Source: the human T2T-CHM13v2.0 reference genome, Homo sapiens. Taken from it: a DNA stretch of 64,000 nt. Shown in pieces: positions 56,271 through 64,000 of this stretch. Position 1 is the first letter of the stretch, and each line of letters starts with the position of its first letter. The stretch is from NCBI RefSeq assembly GCF_009914755.1, contig NC_060929.1. One strand, given 5' to 3'. The notes under the pieces are model-generated. The model did not search any database, was not told the origin of the DNA, and saw only the letters and a program-made list of their open reading frames with translations. A program made the translations under genes and the position numbers.

Positions 56271-57106
56271 GCAGCTTTAGAATTTAGCTGTCTTTAAGTG
56301 TCTCATGGGAGAAATTCAGCTGTGTATTTGTTTCCCCATTTTGTCACTACTAAAAGCTTTGATCAGAACCAAGTCTAGATTCTCAGCCCCTAGCCATAGC
56401 CAGGAATTAGCAATCTCTGAGGGAAAAAGCAACTGCTGATCTTCAGATCACCTCTGGAAGTTTATTGCCTTTCTGGAATTTTAGTCCCCCTAAACTTGCT
56501 TTCTTTTGTAGCTCTCAGATGCCTTTAATATAGAATTTTTGTAACATATCTGGCTTTTTAAATTGTTTTCAGTGGAAGCATGGACCTGTCATGGGCTACT
56601 TCATTCTAGCAGAAAGTGGAAACTAAGGGTGGTGTCTTTGATATTTGAGCATATTCATTTGGTTGGCATATGTATGTGGTTGGAGGAAGGTATAATAATA
56701 AAGAAAAGTATGGGAGCTGGGAGTGAGATTATGTAGAGTCCTGTAGGCTATGGTAAGAATTTGTTTTGTAAAAAAAGCTGTAAGGTCAAAATATGCTGAA
56801 GACCAATGCCATAAAGGAAAAAGTCTCAAAGGAGAGAAACAAGATAAATAAAAGGAATATGATTCTGGAAAGGGAAGAGGGTATCCTGGGATTAGACTCA
56901 AGAAGGATGGATCCAGAGGCAGTGAAAGAAGTTAAATTACTTTGTGATCAGATACTGGTTTGTGGTTGATTAGTGGAGACAGAATATTTTAAAGATAAAA
57001 GGAGTGCTGATTCCTTTTCCTTACCCTCATAGTTAGTGCAAGTAAGATGAAAAGCAGCCTCTACTTGAAAAGGAAGGAAGGAATCTTCTTGTGAGCAAAA
57101 GTTACT

Positions 57107-57619
57107 TGTTATGGTCTGAATGCTTTTATCCCCCTAAAATTCATACGTTGAAATCTAACCCCTACAGTTACAGTATTAAGAGGAGGGGCCTTTGGGAGGT
57201 GAGTAGGTCACAAAGGCTTGACCCTCATCAATCTTTGATCATTGGGAGCACTGGCCTTTCAGCCAATATGTTTCAACTAACATAGATGGCATACATTTAG
57301 GTCACACACCAGCATGAAGGATGACTTGTGGCTCCATGCCAGAAAATAATTTTGTCCTTCACACAGCACCAAATTTGAATAGGCAATGCAACAAGTGCCA
57401 TTATGAAAGAGGCCCAAGGAGGCTTGTTTGCCCCTTCTGCCATGTGAGGATGCAGCAAGTAGGTGCCATTTATGAGAAATGAGCCCTCACAAGACACCAA
57501 ATGTGCTGGTGCCTTGATCCTGGACTTATCAGCCTCAAAACTGTGAGCAATAAATTCCATCATTTATAAATTACCCAGTGTAAGGTATTTTCTTATAGCA
57601 GCTAGAATGGACTAAGCCA
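57107..57619 (+). mobile_element. MLT1A-type solo LTR carrying a 154-bp foreign insert
   Basis: tgttatggtctgaatg...aaattcatacgttgaaa...ggggcctttgggaggtga...aataaatt...aatggactaag. Confidence 0.85.
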
Positions 57620-57944
57620 CTAGTGACCACTCATTTTGCTTGCACATTATCTCTCCATTCTTCTGATAACAGAACTGCCTTTGGGGAAACATCCCTTCTC
57701 ATTCTGAGTCCATATGATTTTAGTAGAGTCAGCTGCATTTTTCCTTCTGCCTCTTTCTAATTGCCTGACACAAAAGTCGAAACATGATCCAGAGCAACTG
57801 CTTACAGCAAACACACTTTTGTCTAGTGAAACCCAATTCTAGAACTTTTGATGGAACTATTTTACTGGGGTTGATGGAATATTAATCTGAACCTGCTAGT
57901 GGCTACCTTGCTAACACAAGGGAAGAACCAAAACAGAAGAAACA

Positions 57945-58113
57945 GCTAAGCTATGAGGATGCAAGGGCATAAGAATGATACAATGGACTTTGAGGACTAG
58001 GGGGAAAGGGTGGAAGGGGGGGTGACGGATAAAAGACATTGAGTACAATGTACATTGCTTGGGTGATGGGTGCACCAACATCTCAGAAATCAACACTAAA
58101 GAACTTATGTACC
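57945..58113 (+). mobile_element. L1PB-type 3' end fragment
   Basis: ctaagctatgaggatgcaa.ggcataagaatgatacaatggacttt...gggtgatgggtgcacc. Confidence 0.8.
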
Positions 58114-58306
58114 AAGAAAGAAAGAGGAAGGAAGGAAGGTAGGAAGGAAGGAAGGAAGGAAGGAAGGGAGGGAGGGAAGGAAGAGAAAAGAGGAAAGGAA
58201 AGGAAGACAGGAAGGAAGGAAAGGAGGGAGGGAGAGAGAGAGAGACAAAGAAAGAAGAAAGAAAGAAAGAAAGAAAGAAGGAAAGAAAGAAAGAAAGAAA
58301 GAAGGA

Positions 58307-58364
<58 letters not shown>

Positions 58365-58408
58365 AAGAAAGAGAAAGAAAGAAAAGAAAAGAAAAGAAAA
58401 AAAAAGAG
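58114..58408 (+). repeat. Polypurine compound microsatellite (GGAA/GGGA/GA/GAAA), about 295 bp
   Basis: Seen directly; only a few pyrimidines; occupies the L1 poly(A) tail position. Confidence 0.95.
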
Positions 58409-58807
58409 CAGAAGCCAAGGGGGAAAGAGACTGACAGGCAGCAAGACAGAAGCTGATGATCCAAACATGGTTGAGTATGGCTCTATTTCTATACTTTCCA
58501 TTTATATGAGATAAATTATCTTTCCTGCTTATGTCAATTTGAGTTGTGTTTTGGCAAACTGCAAAAGAAAGACTCCTCATAAATATACTTGGGAAACTCT
58601 GCAATAAATGGGATTTGTTTCCAATAGGAGTTTAACAAGACATTAAAAATCCTATAATTTCAAAGAAGTAAAGAATCTCAGAGATAAAGAAGATACCCAG
58701 GGAAATGTTTTGACTTGCCCCAAGTCCCATAGTGAGTGAGTGGTGGATCTAGTGCTAAAATCCAGGTCTCCTATACTTTTCTTCTCTCAAGAAGAGATAA
58801 TGATATA

Positions 58808-60171
58808 CAGTCATGTGTAATTTAATAAGGGAGATATATTCTGAGGAATGTATCTTTTGGTGATTTTGTCATCCTGTGAACATCATAGAATGTACTTATA
58901 CAAACCTATATGGTAAAGCCCACTATACACCCAGGCTATATGTTATAGCCTATTGATCCTAGGCTACAAATGGGTACAGCATGCAACTGTACTTCATACT
59001 GTAGGCAATTGTTAAGTCATAAGTATTTATGTATCTAAACATACTTAAACATAGAAAAGGTACAATAAAAATACAAGATGAAAATAAATGGTACACCTGT
59101 ATGGAGGGAGTGCAGCTTGCTGGACTGGAAGTTGTTCTGGGTGAGCGAATAAGTGAGTGGTGAGTGAACGTGAAGACCTAGTCATCACTGTATATCACTG
59201 TAGACATTATAAACACTTAGGCTACACTAAATTTACATAAAAGTTTTATTTCTTCAATAAGAAGTTAACCTTAGCGTACTGTAACTTTTTTTTTTTTTTT
59301 TTAGTGACAAGACCTCACTATGTTTCCCAGGCTGGTCTCGTGCTCCTGAACTCAAACAATCCTCCTACCTCAGCCTCAAAGTGCTGGGATTACAAGCATG
59401 AGCCACTGTGCTTGGCCTTTACTTTAACTTGTTTACTTCATAAACTTTTTTTTTACTTCAACTTTTTTACTTCATAAACTTTTTAATTTTTAAACTTCTG
59501 ACTCTTTTGTAATAACAGCTTAAAACACTAATATTTTTGTACTGCTATACAATACATTTTCTTTTTTATATCTTATTCTGTATACTTTTTCTATTAAATG
59601 TTTGTTTTTACTTCTTAAATGTTTTGTTAAAAACTAAGACACAAACACCAACCGCACATTACCTTAGGCCTGCACAGGGTCAGGGGTCAGGATCACTAGT
59701 ATCTGTCTTCCATCTCCACAGCCTGTCCCACTAGAAGGTCTTCAGGGGCAATAACATGCATGGAACTGTCATCTCCTATATTAACAATGCCTTTTGGAAC
59801 ACCTCCTGAGGCTGTCTTACAGTTAACTTTTATATTTAAGTGGAAGGAGTATACTCTAAAATAACAAGGAAGTATAGTATAGCAAATACATAAGCAACAT
59901 AGTCTTTTATTATCATTATCAAATATATACTGTGCATCATTATATGTGATATACTTTTATAGACTGGCAATGCTGTAGATTTGTTTACAGCAGTAATACC
60001 ACAAACACGTGAGTGATGCATTGTGCTACAACATTACGACTGCTACAACGTCACTAAGCAAAACGAACTTTTCAGCTCCATTATAATCTTATGGGATGGA
60101 CCACCATGGTAGATGTGGTCCATCTTTGACAGAAACATCATACAGAAACATCATTTTGTGGGACATGGCTG
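58808..60171. mobile_element. Tigger3b/GOLEM-type TcMar DNA transposon
   Basis: TA|cagtcatg...catggctg|TA termini; about 1.23 kb after removing the nested Alu monomer. Confidence 0.85.
59287..59417 (-). mobile_element. FLAM (free left Alu monomer) nested in Tigger3
   Basis: Monomeric Alu with poly(T). Confidence 0.85.
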
Positions 60172-61012
60172 TATGTTCCATTTCTCTCCTGGCCTCCTTT
60201 TACTGGGAAGTTTGGTGTTAGGGAAGAGAGGAGGAGGCTCCAACATTAGAGGCAGAGCAAGGTAAGAGGAAAGACAACCAGGGAGTGAGGAATGATTCAC
60301 TCTCCCAGAAGATTAAATTAGCCATTATTAGCTTCTTCATGGAAAGCCAACTGGATTCCCTCTGGTAATCAATTGCCCCAGTCATTACTCAAAAGTCAAG
60401 TCAAGCAGAGGTTTCACTTCCTTAACTTGTAAATATCTTTGGCTGTCAATAATCATTTCTACTTGATACTGTGGTTATTCTGATTTTGCAGAAAGGCTCT
60501 ATGGTGGAGTTAGGAAGAAGCTTCTCCAAAGAAGCACTTTATTTGACTGTGTTTGAAGGTAGGTAGTCATAGGCCCACTGGAGCTGTTTTCTCAAGGATG
60601 CAGCATTTTACAGGAAGAGAAAATAGCACTAATAATGTAGCAGAGTATGAATTACAAGGTACAAGCAAACATCTGCACACAAATCAGCCAGGATAATTTT
60701 ATCTCATCAGATGCCACATTCAGGATACATGAGTGAAATCTCTTTGGAATATGTTCGTTGTTGCTGCAAAACAGAATGTTCTTCGCTTTAAGAATAATTT
60801 TCCTCTGGTTTCTTAAAATGCCTTTTACATCAGTTAAACCCATTATAAGTGTGTGAAAAACTTGTGTTGATCAAGCTGAGTTTGAACCCTCAAATTCTAA
60901 CAAAGTCACTTGTCTTCTGCATCATAAGCAGTGGATTATTGGAGCCAGGAAGGGAATTCCAGGAACCCCTTCACTCAGAGACAGTGAATGGTCAGTTGTT
61001 AAGTAAACAATA

Positions 61013-61272
61013 AGGCCGGGTATGGTGGCTTATGCCTATAATCCTAGCACCTTGGGAGGTCGAGGTGGATGGATTGCTTGAGCCTAGGAGTTTGAGACCA
61101 GCCTGTGCAACATGGAGAAACCCCTTCTCTACTAAAAATACAAAAATTAGCCGAGAATCATTTGAGCCATGAGAATCATTTGAGCCTGAGAGGCAGAGGT
61201 TGCAGTGAGCCAACATTACACCACTGCACTCCAGCCTGGGTGACAGAGTGAGACCTGTCTCAAAAAAAAAAA
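61013..61272 (+). mobile_element. AluJ/S with a right-arm deletion and a short duplication
   Basis: Right arm lacks its first ~50 bp; gagaatcatttgagcc occurs twice. Confidence 0.88.
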
Positions 61273-62089
61273 GTCTGAGGTCCTGTGTGACTTTTGGCAA
61301 CACCCCATCATCTCTACCTTGGGCGTCACCTTTCCGATATGCAAAGCAAGTGAAATATAAGGTTACTTCCAGGGCAGAAGTGCTCTGACCTTCTATCCAC
61401 AGGATAAAGTGTATGGCTGGGAGACTGGTTATGCAGTTTGTCATAAAACATTGAAAGAAAGCAAAGCCTTCATATTATGCATAATTAAGGACTTACCATT
61501 TAAAACTATAGTTCTATTTTTTATGTATAAGATGAATAATGTGTTTTAAATGGACTGTTTTGATGTGGATGTGGGGAAACACTCCTGTGTTGTAGTGGGA
61601 GTATAAAGTAGCACAAGCTTTCTGCAGAGTAATCTGGCAACATATTTAACAATTGAAAATGTAAGTAGCCTTTGATTTAGACACTCTGCTAGGAATTTAT
61701 GTTATAGGTATACTTGAACATGTGTGAAATGATTTTTGTATATGGCATTATGCAATTATAGTATTGCTTCAGGTAGTGAAATGCTGGAAATAACCTAAAT
61801 ATTAGTATCTATAGTGGAATAGCTCTACAGTGGAATATCATGCAGATATCGGAAAATAAAATTTAGATCTGACAGGAAAACCTTAAAATATATTAATAAG
61901 GAAAGACTCTTACAGAAGTGAATTCCCTCGGTTCACTGATTCAAGAGAGGATCAGAAGGGATACTGGTTTTTTCCATCTTCCCCAAGACTGGAGAACCAG
62001 CAACTGCATTCTAACAACGTGTTGACCAGCAATGCTTTTCAGTCAAGGCTGGCAAGGAAGAGGCATGGGGATTCTGGCTGAAATATTGA

Positions 62090-62178
62090 GATATTCAAAC
62101 TCCTGGACTCAAGCAATCTTTCTGCCCCAGCCTCCCAAACAGCTGAGACTATAGGAACGTGCCACTGTGCCCAGCTAC
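62090..62178 (-). mobile_element. Alu monomer fragment
   Basis: caaactcctggactcaagcaatc...cagcctcccaaa...gccactgtgcccagc. Confidence 0.75.
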
Positions 62179-62349
62179 AAATTATTTTCTTAACACTTTT
62201 TATGGTCATCTGGCTTAACAGATATCTCTTTAAAAAAGAAAGCAAAAAATAACAATAATACTGTAATATTGAGTACCTACTATGAAGTAGCACTAGAAAT
62301 CTTTGTATATTCTACCATTTATCCTAAAAATTATGATCTACCCAAATAT

Positions 62350-62557
62350 TACTGATGGAGTATTTCTAATTTGAAAATCCAAAATCTGAAATGATGCTCA
62401 AAGGACATGCTCTTCAGAGCATTTTGGATTTCGGATTTTTTGGATTAGGGATGCTCAACCAATATACTGCAAATACAGTGTTCCAAAATCTGAAAAAAAT
62501 CTACAATCTGAAACACTTCAGGTCCCAAGCATTTCAAGTAAGGGATATTCAACCTGT
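62350..62557. mobile_element. Tigger4 (MER46/Zombi) DNA transposon
   Basis: aaaatccaaaatctgaaatg...ggattagggatgctcaacc...agggatattcaacctgTA. Confidence 0.8.
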
Positions 62558-64000
62558 ATCTCCATTGGTCAGATGAGAAAACTCAGACTCAGGGAAGCTT
62601 AATGATTTGCCCAGAGAATGACAGTCAGTAAAGAATTGAAATTAGTATTTAGTTCTTTCTGCTGTCAAAGCTAATGTATTTACCTGTGTGTTATACTTTC
62701 TAGGCCTTTTTTTGAGGGTTATGAATCATAAACTTTTTAATACAGGCAGTTAAACAGGCACTATGATGTAAATATATATTAAATAATTCTAGGTACTGTG
62801 TTAAGTCTTCACCAAGTGCAGCCACCATGTTGAGTCCCAGAAGGGACAGAAATGAACACGTGCTCTTAGTAATGCCTGGGGTCTGTGTTAGATGTGCAAC
62901 CAGTATTAATAAGTGCAGTGTTTCTGAAACCTTAGGCATGTTTGTAGCATCCTCGCAATCTTCACCATATCCACATGCCAACTTAACGTTACTTAATTCA
63001 TTTCTATGTAAATTAACTCATTTCTTTTCCTTAAAGTCCAGCTATTTTAGCCTCAGCGTAAGCACCATATCTGTTAAAAGTTGCGGTATGTCAGTAATAT
63101 TTTCTAGTACATGCTACAATAAGTATATCACTATGGGGAAAAATCCATTCATGTGCCATCAACACCACACTCTGGGAAATACTAGATTAATACCACATTA
63201 TCTCAGAGTGACGCAGCCCCCTCCTAGGCCCCATGAGATTTTCTTTCATAACTTTTATGATGTTGTTGCTCCCAGAACTGAAATATGTAGCTACCAGTGT
63301 TTCCCTAGCATTGGTACACTCTCCCTGGTAACATATCCTGCTCCAAAATTGATAGATATATTCATTTTCCATCATGCACCACCCTTCCTAAACATTTGAC
63401 TGACTGTGGATGTAATGCACAACAGTGGGTTTTGATACTAAATTTACGGTGAGTCAATGACTGATATGCAAATGAGATCAGCAATAGTAAGTACAGAGTC
63501 TTCTTAGCAAAATGAGTTGAAATAGGAGATTAGGGAGGAGTCATGATTTGAACCAAATGCTTCCACAGGACAGAATATAAGTGTTTTGAGGCAGGCTACA
63601 TCAACTTGTCTGAACAAAGTCAGTTAGAAAAGACCTTAAGCTGGATGTGATGTCTCAGCATTTTGCCCAAAGATTGTGAGAGAAGAGGGCAATTTAAATT
63701 GGTATTTTATATTTATCAATAAATATTTGCCTATTTTCTAAAAGATATCCTTAGGAGACATTCTGGGAAATGTGCAACTATTGAGTCAAAGATTATGAAA
63801 TTATTTTACACATTTAAATACATATGGTGAAGACTAAGATTTAAGTGACAATGGAAAAATAGTGTTGACTTCAAAACAATAAAGCTAACAAAAAATGAAA
63901 AACAAAATCAAATGTAAAGAAATGTGGACCGAAGAAAGATTCATACTTCCCTCAGCATTGAGTCTCAGACATTAACTCTCAAAACTTGAAGATAACCCAT

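Noticed and set aside
57911-58604. Long ORFs (196, 173, 131 and 119 aa) rich in F/L/S or K/E/R
   Set aside because: Translations of the GAAA/GGAA microsatellite, which lacks stop codons.

Overview
Primate (very probably human) genomic DNA, not microbial. The window holds the 5' part of JAKMIP2 (NECC1, a neuroendocrine long coiled-coil protein) on the minus strand. Five coding exons are visible: 27385-27513 (with 148 nt of 5' UTR up to 27661), 16655-17152, 6045-6254, 4083-4181 and 557-703. All have GT/AG boundaries, all junctions are phase 0, and together they encode residues 1-361. Positions 27662-64000 are the long upstream intron. The rest is mostly transposon relics: a full-length sense-oriented L1PA8-like element containing an AluY, about ten Alus, a full THE1D provirus with a nested inverted THE1C-like LTR, MLT2A and MLT1 solo LTRs, hAT and Tigger DNA transposons, MIR, L2, old L1 and microsatellites. 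Repeat subfamily names come from recalled consensus sequences, not from a RepeatMasker run. Almost all ORFs in the supplied track are non-coding noise. I found no convincing new biological system. The most unusual signals are a 154-bp inverted templated copy inside an MLT1A LTR, a 100-bp dispersed direct repeat, several micro-duplications, two uORFs, and a DUX4-motif LTR oriented as a possible alternative promoter.
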